This document shows, in pieces, positions 28,163 through 36,974 of a stretch of DNA of 64,000 nt. The DNA lies in IMG/VR virus record IMGVR_UViG_3300030330_006525, positions 1 to 64,000 of that record; one strand, given 5' to 3'. The notes beneath the pieces are model-generated. The model had not been told where the DNA came from. It saw nothing but the letters and a program-made list of their open reading frames with translations, and made no database searches. The position numbers and the translations under genes are program-made. This DNA comes from a virus (taxonomy: Duplodnaviria; Caudoviricetes). Each line of letters opens with the position of its first letter. Position 1 is the stretch's first letter.

Positions 28163-28240
28163 TGTTATGTGATATGGGACACAACGTTAAGTGCCGCCAA
28201 TACTAGAATTATTACTAAGTAAACAATTTTTTCCAGCATT

Positions 28241-28864
28241 TCAAACCAATTTTAGGTAATAACAGTCTTTTTTCATATCAACCGCACCACTTGCATAAGG
28301 TTGGCCGGCCTTTGTTAGTTTAGGCTCCAGGCTACCCATAAGAACAAACAGTCTGCCTTCTTCCTTCAAAGAAAGCATTTTTTGTTTATCGATAGTTGTG
28401 CCATAGAAGTTAGCACCACCAGACTTCCAATCTTCCTTAGATAAAAGAGCCAAGGCTACAAAGAAGTTCTTTTTGTTATCTGCGTCTCTGGCCACAAGCA
28501 AGTGAGAAGATGGGCGCTTTGAAAACTCACCACCTAAGAAGCTCTGGCCTGCCGTCATCTTTACTTCTAAAGGTATCTCAAGAGACTCAAAAAACAAATC
28601 TGGGTCGTTGTCTGTCTTTGGGTTAGTAACTTTACTGCCGATACTTTCTGAGAGAATCAAAGAAGCTGCTTTTTCAAATGCTTTGCTACAAAGCTCTGAA
28701 GCCATCTTTGTTCCAAATTCATCTTTTAAATTGCCAAACTCTCTTTCTAGGATAGAGATTTTTCTATCTACCTCTGCCAATATATCTTGTACGATATTCT
28801 TAGTAACAATATTACAAATTTGTTCAAAATCATTAATCTGCTTATTAGTTAAAGCCTGAATCAT
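28241..28864 (-). CDS. restriction-endonuclease-like PD-(D/E)xK protein
   Basis: E-helix (KAFE), NDPDL, LEVK. Confidence 0.6.
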   Translation of the reverse strand: MIQALTNKQINDFEQICNIVTKNIVQDILAEVDRKISILEREFGNLKDEFGTKMASELCSKAFEKAASLILSESIGSKVTNPKTDNDPDLFFESLEIPLEVKMTAGQSFLGGEFSKRPSSHLLVARDADNKKNFFVALALLSKEDWKSGGANFYGTTIDKQKMLSLKEEGRLFVLMGSLEPKLTKAGQPYASGAVDMKKDCYYLKLV

Positions 28865-29061
28865 TTTATAACCTTTCTAGTGTAGAGGACCACTAACTGG
28901 AAGCATCATTAACTTAATCTTATTGAGCAAATTACTCAATGTTTGAACTTGATCTATATCGCCCTGTTCATGTGCTGCTATCAGCTCAAGATTGATAAGG
29001 CTAACAATGCTAAGCATTTCCGTATTCAATTTTTTCGCTCCCGTTCCTTGATTATGTTAAT

Positions 29062-29090
29062 ACTATATCAAACGTTTTTCGATACGTCAA
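29062..29090 (-). promoter_or_regulatory. sigma70-type promoter
   Basis: TTGACG-17-TATAGT. Confidence 0.75.
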
Positions 29091-29130
29091 GAAAAAAAAC
29101 ATCTTTTTTTGAAAATAATTTCCCACCAAA

Positions 29131-29207
29131 CCTACATGTAGGATAAAGTATTCAAGTGTGGTCGCGGGCATCGCGTCACTTCACACCTACCTTATCCTAC
29201 ATGCAGG
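29131..29207. repeat. 77-nt inverted repeat/cruciform with CCTACATGTAGG palindrome
   Basis: cctacatgtaggataa (29131-29146) versus ttatcctacatgcagg (29192-29207), one mismatch. Confidence 0.85.
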
Positions 29208-29208
29208 C

Positions 29209-29526
29209 TCAAAACCAGTCGCGACATATATGTGTAGCATCGCATCGCATCGTGCTATAGTCAGGCTCTAGGAAACATCCAGGTCTAGCGCGTGAACGGT
29301 CACACAAAACCATATCAAAGTCTCTCTGGTATCTATCCCAACACCTAAACTCGGTCCTCACATAGTTGCTGCTCCTGGGCGAACAAGAGAACGGACCTGC
29401 TCTATATGTAGGCTGGTTGTTACAACCCGCATTGTAACAACCTGAACCTCTATAAGCAGGCGTGCCATACTCTTGTGGACATCCACAACCGATTAATAAT
29501 AAGGTTATTAAAATTACTCTATACAT
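29209..29526 (-). CDS. Cys-rich lipoprotein
   Basis: LLLIGC lipobox; many Cys. Confidence 0.7.
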   Translation of the reverse strand: MYRVILITLLLIGCGCPQEYGTPAYRGSGCYNAGCNNQPTYRAGPFSCSPRSSNYVRTEFRCWDRYQRDFDMVLCDRSRARPGCFLEPDYSTMRCDATHICRDWF

Positions 29527-29532
29527 ATCAAT

Positions 29533-29721
29533 CTACTTTTTGTAATACTTTTCCCAACACGTCTCAAAAGTATAATGCAATACTGTCATTACTATAACAA
29601 ACGTGATGGTTATAACCATGGAGCGTTGTACATCATCTAGGAATAGATATGTTATACACACGCCAACGCTAGTTGATAAAACTCTCCAGGCTATAACTTT
29701 TTTTACCACATCTTTTTTCAT
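29533..29721 (-). CDS. small membrane protein (DUF2061-like)
   Basis: KVIAWRVLS..HYTFE..W, two TM helices. Confidence 0.65.
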   Translation of the reverse strand: MKKDVVKKVIAWRVLSTSVGVCITYLFLDDVQRSMVITITFVIVMTVLHYTFETCWEKYYKK

Positions 29722-29733
29722 CTGTCAAGTATT

Positions 29734-29934
29734 TTATTCTCTTGGCGATGGAAACCTACTATGATCACCCATTCCATCGTAGTCTATGATATCGTCTGTC
29801 TTCTCAAACCTTCTAATATAAGAATTATTGGAATTCATGAACGATAAAAATGTGCTCCTCAACATGAGTATCACACTCGCTATTCCAAATACTACCGCAA
29901 ATACTTTTATAAACTCTGACAAATTTTCGGACAT
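29734..29934 (-). CDS. small membrane protein
   Basis: One TM helix; DYDGMG tail. Confidence 0.55.
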   Translation of the reverse strand: MSENLSEFIKVFAVVFGIASVILMLRSTFLSFMNSNNSYIRRFEKTDDIIDYDGMGDHSRFPSPRE

Positions 29935-29937
29935 GAA

Positions 29938-30126
29938 CTACTCCTTATAATGATTAGCTAAACCCATTAACGTTGGTGCCCAAAGACCAATAAAAATACC
30001 AAACCTTTCGGCATGAGCTGGGTCACCATCACCGGCTGTTACCCACGCCACAATCGAACACGCAACCGATGCCAATGAGGCAAAGAAACAAAACTTAGAC
30101 AAATTCATAATTTTTTCCCCTTTCAT
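29938..30126 (-). CDS. small membrane protein
   Basis: AERFGIFIGLWAPTL motif, two TM helices. Confidence 0.7.
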   Translation of the reverse strand: MKGEKIMNLSKFCFFASLASVACSIVAWVTAGDGDPAHAERFGIFIGLWAPTLMGLANHYKE

Positions 30127-30141
30127 ATTAAAAAATGTCTG

Positions 30142-30213
30142 TGGGTCACCCCGGACTCGAACCGGGAACCAGCGGATTAAAAGTCCGATGCGCTACCATT
30201 GCGCCAGTGACCC
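30142..30213 (-). tRNA. tRNA-Lys(TTT)
   Basis: Cloverleaf GGGTCAC..CTTTTAA..GGTTCGAGTCC..GTGACCCA. Confidence 0.93.
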
Positions 30214-30272
30214 ATATTGTGGTAGTTTTGCGACATGCCAAGGTCTTTTTTTAATCTGTATCCTTTGACAGT

Positions 30273-30485
30273 TTAACAATATCCGTTGCGATCCTTACTC
30301 GCTCTTCTTCTGGATACGCCGATAGGATAGCTAAACGTTTTGCCTCTGGAAACTGTATTAAATGCTTCGCGATTGTGCGGATATGTACTGGTGTCCACTC
30401 CGCTTGCCTGATATAATTCTCTCTCATTTATATTTCCCTCTAAAGTGTCTCGGATATATTGTGCGAACCTTTGTCTCGGATTCAT
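30273..30485 (-). CDS. hypothetical protein
   Basis: Behind promoter TTGACT-17-TATGAT (30507-30535). Confidence 0.55.
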   Translation of the reverse strand: MNPRQRFAQYIRDTLEGNINERELYQASGVDTSTYPHNREAFNTVSRGKTFSYPIGVSRRRASKDRNGYC

Positions 30486-30574
30486 TTTCCCTCACTTTCT
30501 TTATACATCATAAAACGATTTTCTAAAGAAGTCAACAAAAAAAGTAAAAAATCGTAAAAATAAAATATTTTCAA

Positions 30575-30760
30575 TTACTTACGCGAACATCCTCTACAAA
30601 CATAACCACCCCATTCCGGCTTTTTTGCATTAGGAAAGTATTCATCACAGTATAAACAACTCATACCAAACAAGTTTGCGCCGCTATAGTGGCCGCAATC
30701 TCTATCAAGTCGTAGCCTGTTTGACCTCTGAACGAATCTAATTCTAGCCTTACCAGCCAT
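30575..30760 (-). CDS. small Zn-ribbon-like protein
   Basis: CLYC..CRGC. Confidence 0.55.
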   Translation of the reverse strand: MAGKARIRFVQRSNRLRLDRDCGHYSGANLFGMSCLYCDEYFPNAKKPEWGGYVCRGCSRK

Positions 30761-30938
30761 TGAAATAACTCCTTAACACAAGTTCCATTTGATTATGGAT
30801 TAGTCTTTCTAATATCTTGGCTTCATCTTCATTGATTTTTAGCTCAAAGGGTAAAATAGTGCGACATGAAATATACTTTGTACCAATAGATATACTAAAG
30901 TTTGTGCCTGGTGTCAAGCATTCTGTTTCAAGTGCCAT
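30750..30938 (-). CDS. hypothetical protein
   Basis: Overlaps neighbours; GAGGAAG RBS. Confidence 0.6.
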   Translation of the reverse strand: MALETECLTPGTNFSISIGTKYISCRTILPFELKINEDEAKILERLIHNQMELVLRSYFNGW

Positions 30939-31194
30939 TTGCTTCCTCTTCAGGGAAAAAGGTTTGACAAAAGTTTTCTGCTATACAATGACCATAGGCT
31001 TCCTCTGGTGGAAAGCACACGCAGTCATCTTGCTCTGGCTTATGACAGAGCTTGTATGACACAATGTAATGCTCGCAATCAAAACTTGTGTAAAGATAAT
31101 TTTGACTGGAAACAATACACTCTTCTTCAGTCTCGGTGTTTTCATCGCCGCAACCAAAAGCAAATAATGTTGCGGCAATCAGTATAGCTCTCAT
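30928..31194 (-). CDS. Cys-rich lipoprotein
   Basis: LFAFGC lipobox; multiple Cys. Confidence 0.7.
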   Translation of the reverse strand: MRAILIAATLFAFGCGDENTETEEECIVSSQNYLYTSFDCEHYIVSYKLCHKPEQDDCVCFPPEEAYGHCIAENFCQTFFPEEEANGT

Positions 31195-31391
31195 CGACCA
31201 ACACCCCTTGCCATGCTGGTTGAACTAACATATTGATATGCACCCTTGTTATAAGCTGGTGCTGTACATTTAGCCTTGCGTGCTGTCTCCTTTCTTGCGT
31301 TAGCTGCACCGCATTCAAGACAAGTCTTGTAGCCTAGTGCTTTTCGTTTTGGATTGTACTCTTCCCAACATTCAACACATACCGCGATCAT
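31191..31391 (-). CDS. small Zn-finger phage protein
   Basis: CVEC..R.ALGYKTCLECG..YNKGAYQY. Confidence 0.75.
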   Translation of the reverse strand: MIAVCVECWEEYNPKRKALGYKTCLECGAANARKETARKAKCTAPAYNKGAYQYVSSTSMARGVGR

Positions 31392-31462
31392 TTTTTCGCT
31401 CCCTCAATTGTTGAATCTTATAATATCAATAATTTTTGTGGATGTCAAGAAAAAAAATAACG

Positions 31463-31687
31463 TCAAGTTTTTGACGATGTTTCCTCTATTGGTCGTAGTC
31501 TCCAAACATAATCAACAAATACCTCTTTTTGTTGTCCAGTAACTTGGTCTACTAGATTAAACCACTGGCCGTAATTACCAGAACGACCAACAATAATATG
31601 TGGACCACTAAAGCCATCACCACCCTCTATCTTGACTAATGTGCCTGGCCTTAGTCCAGTGTATTCATATTCTTCTTCGCTCGACAT
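31463..31687 (-). CDS. small SH3/KOW-like protein
   Basis: RPGTLVKI variant of the family start. Confidence 0.6.
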   Translation of the reverse strand: MSSEEEYEYTGLRPGTLVKIEGGDGFSGPHIIVGRSGNYGQWFNLVDQVTGQQKEVFVDYVWRLRPIEETSSKT

Positions 31688-31792
31688 ACTATTCCCTTAA
31701 CAATTGCTGCGCCTAAACCAATTCCAAAACAAACTAAGAAGACTTGTATTGTTGGTACAATCTCTGCCAATTGAAAATCTACAATTAATGCT

Positions 31793-31981
31793 TCACTCAC
31801 TGATAACCTCCAGGTCACCGGACCTTTCCCAAACTGGCGTTGGTATATTGGGCCTGGACCACTTTACCTTTACCATGTAGTAACTTGCTTCATGCTCAAC
31901 AATTATACCAACATCATTTTTGCCAGCTGCAACATGAGAGACTGACCCGTGCTTATACTTTATTAGACTACCGACTTTCAC
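31793..31981 (-). CDS. KVGDLV-family small beta-barrel protein, array unit 7
   Basis: MKVGSLI..GIIV..VKW..LEVISE. Confidence 0.8.
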   Translation of the reverse strand: MKVGSLIKYKHGSVSHVAAGKNDVGIIVEHEASYYMVKVKWSRPNIPTPVWERSGDLEVISE

Positions 31982-32183
31982 TGATAACTCTCAACTCATC
32001 TGTAGTAAACAATTTAACTTCACAATTATCGCACAAAACTTCTACAACATGATAGACATCACCATCCATCACACCAATTTGGTGTGCATCACAATCGTCA
32101 GAAAGTCTTGGCTCAGTTAAAACCAGGCCGATATTAAAATAAAAACCATCAGCCTCATCTTTTACCAAGTCACCGACTCTCAC
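31968..32183 (-). CDS. KVGDLV-family protein, array unit 6
   Basis: MRVGDLV..LRVISESR. Confidence 0.8.
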   Translation of the reverse strand: MRVGDLVKDEADGFYFNIGLVLTEPRLSDDCDAHQIGVMDGDVYHVVEVLCDNCEVKLFTTDELRVISESR

Positions 32184-32370
32184 TGATTACCTCCAACTCT
32201 TCTTTTCTGGCGTGAATAATTTCATCTTTAAAATATACGCGATGACCCTCAAGTCTGCCCGTGTAATTCAGAGAATTGGGCCTTTCGGGCACGTATTCTA
32301 CCACTATACCAACACCATAAGACTCTTGGAATTTAGGATGCGTAAACCTCACTAAATCACCGACTTTCAC
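32170..32370 (-). CDS. KVGDLV-family protein, array unit 5
   Basis: MKVGDLV..LEVISESR. Confidence 0.8.
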   Translation of the reverse strand: MKVGDLVRFTHPKFQESYGVGIVVEYVPERPNSLNYTGRLEGHRVYFKDEIIHARKEELEVISESR

Positions 32371-32569
32371 TTAACACCTTCTCTACTGAGAATATTGATA
32401 TCTTTCTTCCTTCAGCACTCAACCAAGAATAATGTGGTTTGGCACCATTCATGAATTGGACCACCAAACTACGCACGGTTGACTGAGGGTGCCCAGGGTG
32501 GCGCATCTCCCTCTGGAGAATGATAGCTGTATTCCCATCGTGACACTCTATTAGACTACCGACTTTCAC
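32357..32569 (-). CDS. KVGDLV-family protein, array unit 4
   Basis: MKVGSLI..KVLSESR. Confidence 0.8.
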   Translation of the reverse strand: MKVGSLIECHDGNTAIILQREMRHPGHPQSTVRSLVVQFMNGAKPHYSWLSAEGRKISIFSVEKVLSESR

Positions 32570-32732
32570 TGATAACCTCCATTTGATTTTTGGGGTTTGA
32601 GTTTATCATTTCCTTTGGTCTGAACCATTTTATCACTCTTACCTCTTGAGTGCCTGGTATTTCTCTGATAACGATGCCGGCCCAATGTTGCCACTTTTCA
32701 TTTTTATACCTTACTAGGTCTCCGACTTTCAC
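32556..32732 (-). CDS. KVGDLV-family protein, array unit 3 (58 aa, absent from ORF track)
   Basis: Translated by hand: MKVGDLVRYKNEKWQHWAGIVIREIPGTQEVRVIKWFRPKEMINSNPKNQMEVISESR*. Confidence 0.8.
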   Translation of the reverse strand: MKVGDLVRYKNEKWQHWAGIVIREIPGTQEVRVIKWFRPKEMINSNPKNQMEVISESR

Positions 32733-32889
32733 TTATCACCTCACAACCACTAGTTACAAACCATCTACGCTTGCCATTACAGAGAACTTGAATTGTACCA
32801 CCTCTCTTGTTTAAGTGCAAGACAATTCCTATCGCTTCTCTCTCTCTGGATGGCATTGTCGAATAGCTAACGATATCACCGACTTTCAC
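32704..32889 (-). CDS. KVGDLV-family protein, array unit 2 (GTG start at 32889)
   Basis: MKVGDIV..EVISESRRPSKV; junction stop codon lost. Confidence 0.8.
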   Translation of the reverse strand: MKVGDIVSYSTMPSREREAIGIVLHLNKRGGTIQVLCNGKRRWFVTSGCEVISESRRPSKV

Positions 32890-33061
32890 TGATAACCTCC
32901 AGGTCATAATTCCAAACGTTATGTCCTATTGTACCATCTTGCCACAAAATGTCAAACACTTTATTACTAGATGTAACACCGCAAAGTGGATCAAAAACTT
33001 CCTTGATTGTCACACCTATCTTTTCTGAAAAGCAATGCTGAACAATGTCACCGACTTTCAT
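32876..33061 (-). CDS. KVGDLV-family protein, array unit 1 (ATG at 33061)
   Basis: MKVGDIV..LEVISESR. Confidence 0.8.
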   Translation of the reverse strand: MKVGDIVQHCFSEKIGVTIKEVFDPLCGVTSSNKVFDILWQDGTIGHNVWNYDLEVISESR

Positions 33062-33129
33062 TGTTTTCTCTCTTGTAATCTTTATATATTTATATAATAC
33101 CAAAACAAAAAACAAAATGCAAGAAAAAT

Positions 33130-34038
33130 CTATTTTGCAAAATTTATGTTTCTTGCTATTAATTCAGACTTAACATGCTCTTTCATCGTCTTTGGGGAAT
33201 TATGATTGTACACTCTGCCATCAACTTCTATTAAAGTTATGCCATGCTGTTTACATATAGATCTCTTATAATCATCTCTCTCCTTTTGTTTAAGAAACCT
33301 ATCTTCTCCGCCAAAAAATTCTATTGGCTTATAATGTTGTGCTCCCTGATATTCAAAAGCTAAAGACAAGTCTTCGCAATAACAGTCTAGTTCTAGTCTA
33401 GCTCCAGTATCAGGGCTCACCAACCATGAAGGGCGAACGTTAGGGAAGTCTCTCTTAAATAAACTTTTTAATATTTTTCTTAACTCTCCCTCACTCTTAA
33501 ACCATTCTTCTACCCGTTGAGCTTCTAGTTCTTCATCTGTGAGAAACCTAGGGTCAGAACATATAGGACAATAAGTTACATGCGATTCAGGATCTAGTAA
33601 ACGATCTCTCTGTTCTTTAGCGTGCTTCCACCTTGTCTCATCTGATAAGTCTTCTTCAGTATATAACCGACCCTGAAAGGCAAAACGAACGCCCAGTTCC
33701 TGCTCAAGAGTGCTTCTCCGCTTGTAACAAGTGCCTTCTACTTGAATTAGTAAGCCATCACATCCATGGTGAGGGTCAGTGCCATCGGGACCGCCATACC
33801 ATATAGAAAACCCTGTTAATATATGTTTATGACGTAAGCTATCAACATGATTTTCTTTTCTTTTAGTTTCCCAGGTCTCCTTACAATAGAATAGTGGGTG
33901 ATCCGCGTCACAATCTCTCTTAAGACTTCCTATATGACGCACAGAAAAATGCTCATAAAATAACCAAGGATTATCTATTTTATATTGAACATGGTCAGGC
34001 TCAAAGGCTTTTGCGGCGGTCATTGCTTTCTCCACCAT
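33130..34038 (-). CDS. PD-(D/E)xK (Vsr/DUF559-like) nuclease, putative homing endonuclease
   Basis: CPIC, SEGE, LELDCY..LAFEYQGAQHY, RD..K..C..GITLI. Confidence 0.75.
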   Translation of the reverse strand: MVEKAMTAAKAFEPDHVQYKIDNPWLFYEHFSVRHIGSLKRDCDADHPLFYCKETWETKRKENHVDSLRHKHILTGFSIWYGGPDGTDPHHGCDGLLIQVEGTCYKRRSTLEQELGVRFAFQGRLYTEEDLSDETRWKHAKEQRDRLLDPESHVTYCPICSDPRFLTDEELEAQRVEEWFKSEGELRKILKSLFKRDFPNVRPSWLVSPDTGARLELDCYCEDLSLAFEYQGAQHYKPIEFFGGEDRFLKQKERDDYKRSICKQHGITLIEVDGRVYNHNSPKTMKEHVKSELIARNINFAK

Positions 34039-34112
34039 TCAATAACAAGGTGACCGACAAACATACCGGCTGCGATAATGAAAATACTCTCTAACATATC
34101 TACTCCTAAAGA

Positions 34113-34189
<77 letters not shown>

Positions 34190-34237
34190 ATTTGTTTCTC
34201 GATTATGTTTTTATAATATCAGAGGTTTTTTGAAATG

Positions 34238-34447
34238 TCAAGAACTTTTTTTGCCTTTTTTTAATATTTGCCATCGCTGGAATGGCCACCAGCGAGCGCC
34301 AGATCTAGGACTGTGAACCAACACGTCTTCCAAATGCGGATTAACATCCAACACAATCCCATAATCTAGCAGCGTCTCATCATTAAGAAGACTAGAATCT
34401 AATAGATAGCATGCAACTAAATCACCTTTCTCTGGTGGTTTGCTCAT
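34238..34447 (-). CDS. KxGDLV-family small protein
   Basis: EKGDLV..YGIVL. Confidence 0.65.
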   Translation of the reverse strand: MSKPPEKGDLVACYLLDSSLLNDETLLDYGIVLDVNPHLEDVLVHSPRSGARWWPFQRWQILKKGKKSS

Positions 34448-34454
34448 ACATTAA

Positions 34455-35765
34455 TTAGTCAATAGCAACAATCCTTTCCTTTGTGGTAAAGTATGGACGC
34501 TTGGCATACTCTGGTGTAGTCATCCACATACGCTGACATTTACTGGCCTTTGGCTTTGGCGCATACATATCAGTTAAGATAATGTGGCCGTCAAAGTCGC
34601 GCTCATTAACATAGTCAGTCGGCGGATTGAAGTCAGTACCGCCGCACATAACACGCTCCCACTTGCGGCGCTCTCCCTTCTTCCAAGTATAAACAAGTTT
34701 CTCATCCACTGTAGTATCGAAAGGAATAACTGTGAACTCTGCAATACTAGCCAAAGAGTTTAGCTCTGCAAAGAACTTAGTCAGCATCTCATTGTCTACA
34801 GAGCCAGACTGATCGATAGAGATAGCAACCTTGGCAACACGATTAGTCTTACGGCCAGCATGAACATAAGGGTATCGTCGATTGATACGCTTCATCGAAG
34901 ATGACTTGTTGGCTTTCTGGCTAGTCTTGATAAAGTATCTAAGAACTTTCTTCCAGTCAATCTTAGACTCCAAGACTTTCATAATCTCAGTCTTACAGCT
35001 TGTAGGAACAGAACCCCAGTTATTATTCCTAGAACATTCTTGTGCTGCGTTCTTAACAATCTCCTTCAATCGCTCTTTGGCGATGTTCTGAACTTCCTCA
35101 TTCAGCTTCTGATTTTCTTCACTGCCATCGTTAGACCAACCACTATGGTCATCCATTGAATCAGGAATACCGTTAGAAGCTCCAGAATCGCTGTCTCCGC
35201 CCTGTTCTCCACTAGACCCTTGACCAGACCCTTCTCCATTATCATCGCCGCTCTCGTCGCCATTCTCGCCCTCTCCTGATGGTCCAGACTGATTCTGAAA
35301 GTCAGGCATATTTGCGAGATACCATTCAGCTGATTCACCACGAGGAAGGTCCTCGAAGGGTGTGCCTTCTTTGCCTGGTATCAAACCACCCTCTGGTAGG
35401 TTGTACAAGTGACTATTGATTGCAAGGTCAGTAGCAACATTCCACAACTTAACGTCAACACCTTCAGGCATACGAGAGGTAACGTGAAGGAACAAGATAT
35501 GGTAGAACTCATGCTTTAGGACATCAGTTCTCTCTTCATCAGTCAGGCCAGCAAAGAACTCTGGATTGTACAACATCTCGAACTGTGCTGAATCGCGATT
35601 GATAAGAACACCAGCTGTAGGCAAAGCTGTACTTGCTCGCTTGTCTACACGGCGACTGATAGCTGCAAAGAATGGCTCATCCATAAGAAGACGGGCCGTG
35701 TGCATATTAAGATCGAAAGACATTTTAGGTGCCTCGTTTTTGTTATCGTTCTTAGAATCTACCAT
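34455..35765 (-). CDS. metallopeptidase-vWA protein (DUF2201-like), partner of MoxR
   Basis: HEFYH, N.ATDLAIN, IDQSGS MIDAS, GGTDF, ILTD. Confidence 0.88.
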   Translation of the reverse strand: MVDSKNDNKNEAPKMSFDLNMHTARLLMDEPFFAAISRRVDKRASTALPTAGVLINRDSAQFEMLYNPEFFAGLTDEERTDVLKHEFYHILFLHVTSRMPEGVDVKLWNVATDLAINSHLYNLPEGGLIPGKEGTPFEDLPRGESAEWYLANMPDFQNQSGPSGEGENGDESGDDNGEGSGQGSSGEQGGDSDSGASNGIPDSMDDHSGWSNDGSEENQKLNEEVQNIAKERLKEIVKNAAQECSRNNNWGSVPTSCKTEIMKVLESKIDWKKVLRYFIKTSQKANKSSSMKRINRRYPYVHAGRKTNRVAKVAISIDQSGSVDNEMLTKFFAELNSLASIAEFTVIPFDTTVDEKLVYTWKKGERRKWERVMCGGTDFNPPTDYVNERDFDGHIILTDMYAPKPKASKCQRMWMTTPEYAKRPYFTTKERIVAID

Positions 35766-35793
35766 TGTTTTCTCCTGATGTCAAGAACTTTTT

Positions 35794-36858
35794 TTAGGAT
35801 TCGTCGCCACCAAGAATCTTGACAAGATAATCGGAAACAGAAGAACCATCGACATCAGACTGATGCAAGCGGATAGTGTTGTTCAATTGAGTACCATCAG
35901 CACCCATCACACTCCACAACTTCATTGCAACCTCTGAAGGAAGAGAGATAAAGTAACGTGCCAAGTTATCAATCTTGTCTTGTACAAGTTCCTCCTTGAA
36001 GACACCAGAAGCATCGAACTTCTCAATCATAGCAGTATGGTCATTGATAGTGAATGACTCTACCTTTGAGAAATCGCCCTTGTCCAGAATGTCTTCAACG
36101 GTAACCTGCCGGTCATAGTTTGCAATAAAGTCATTGAATGCAACCGCAGCCTCGAAACCAACAAAGGCAGCTGTCAGATTGAACAGAGCACCAGAAGATT
36201 CTTGCAGCAAGTCTGCATTGCTCAAACAACCGTTCAACCGTTCCCAAGAACGACGACTAGGGTAAACCTTGTTAGGCTCGAAGTCGCCAGTGTGCTCAAT
36301 GTGCTGACGGTTAGTGTTGATAAAATCCCAAACTTCCTTTGAGATATTAGAATCCTTGGCCCATGTAAGCCAGTCCTCGACACTTGGCTCAAGGTCAAAG
36401 ACAGTCCATCGGTCAAGCTCTGCCGGATCCATCTCTCCAACCTGATACTGTTCGCCATGCTCGCCACCATTGACAGCGGCAAAGACAAGTGTCTCAGGAT
36501 GTAGAGTGTGACCATTCAACTTGCGGCTGTCAGTCAACTCAAAGATACCTTGACGAACCTCAAGAGTAGCACGGTCAACCTCATCGAGGAACAAGATAAC
36601 AGGCTCATCACAAGCAGTCTTGAACCAGTCTGGAGGATTGAATCGAGTGCTGTTGCCCTCGACAATTGGAAGACCAACCAAGTCGCCCTCTGTCATTTGG
36701 GAAGCACGGCGCTCTACTACTTGACGCCCAATCTTGTCAGCGAACTGATAGACAACGGTAGACTTACCAATGCCGTGACGCCCACGTAGCAGGACAGGCT
36801 TGCGAACGTTGGTCACATGGTGAACAATAGAATTGAATGCTGCAAAGTCGATAGCCAT
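35794..36858 (-). CDS. MoxR-like AAA+ ATPase
   Basis: GRHGIGKS, LFLDEVDR, AAVN, MDPAELDR, PSRRSW. Confidence 0.9.
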   Translation of the reverse strand: MAIDFAAFNSIVHHVTNVRKPVLLRGRHGIGKSTVVYQFADKIGRQVVERRASQMTEGDLVGLPIVEGNSTRFNPPDWFKTACDEPVILFLDEVDRATLEVRQGIFELTDSRKLNGHTLHPETLVFAAVNGGEHGEQYQVGEMDPAELDRWTVFDLEPSVEDWLTWAKDSNISKEVWDFINTNRQHIEHTGDFEPNKVYPSRRSWERLNGCLSNADLLQESSGALFNLTAAFVGFEAAVAFNDFIANYDRQVTVEDILDKGDFSKVESFTINDHTAMIEKFDASGVFKEELVQDKIDNLARYFISLPSEVAMKLWSVMGADGTQLNNTIRLHQSDVDGSSVSDYLVKILGGDES

Positions 36859-36974
36859 AATGATACTCCTTAATGATGTATGGCGTTAAAGTTTCTTGCT
36901 TCATCTATAAATAGTATCTCAAAATTCTTTCGAGATGTCAATAAAAAAATGTAAAAAATAATTGTATAATAATT

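Larger units (their letters stand above)
31793..33061 (-). repeat. tandem ~25-bp junction repeat GGAGGTTATCAGTGAAAGTCGGT(G/A) at ~155-200 bp spacing
   Basis: Copies at ~31968, 32170, 32357, 32556, 32719, 32876; half copies at 31793 and 33048; another full copy at 38293. Confidence 0.9.

Noticed and set aside
31793-33061. CRISPR array
   Set aside because: Spacers are ~130-175 bp open reading frames, the repeats are degenerate and non-palindromic, and no cas genes are present
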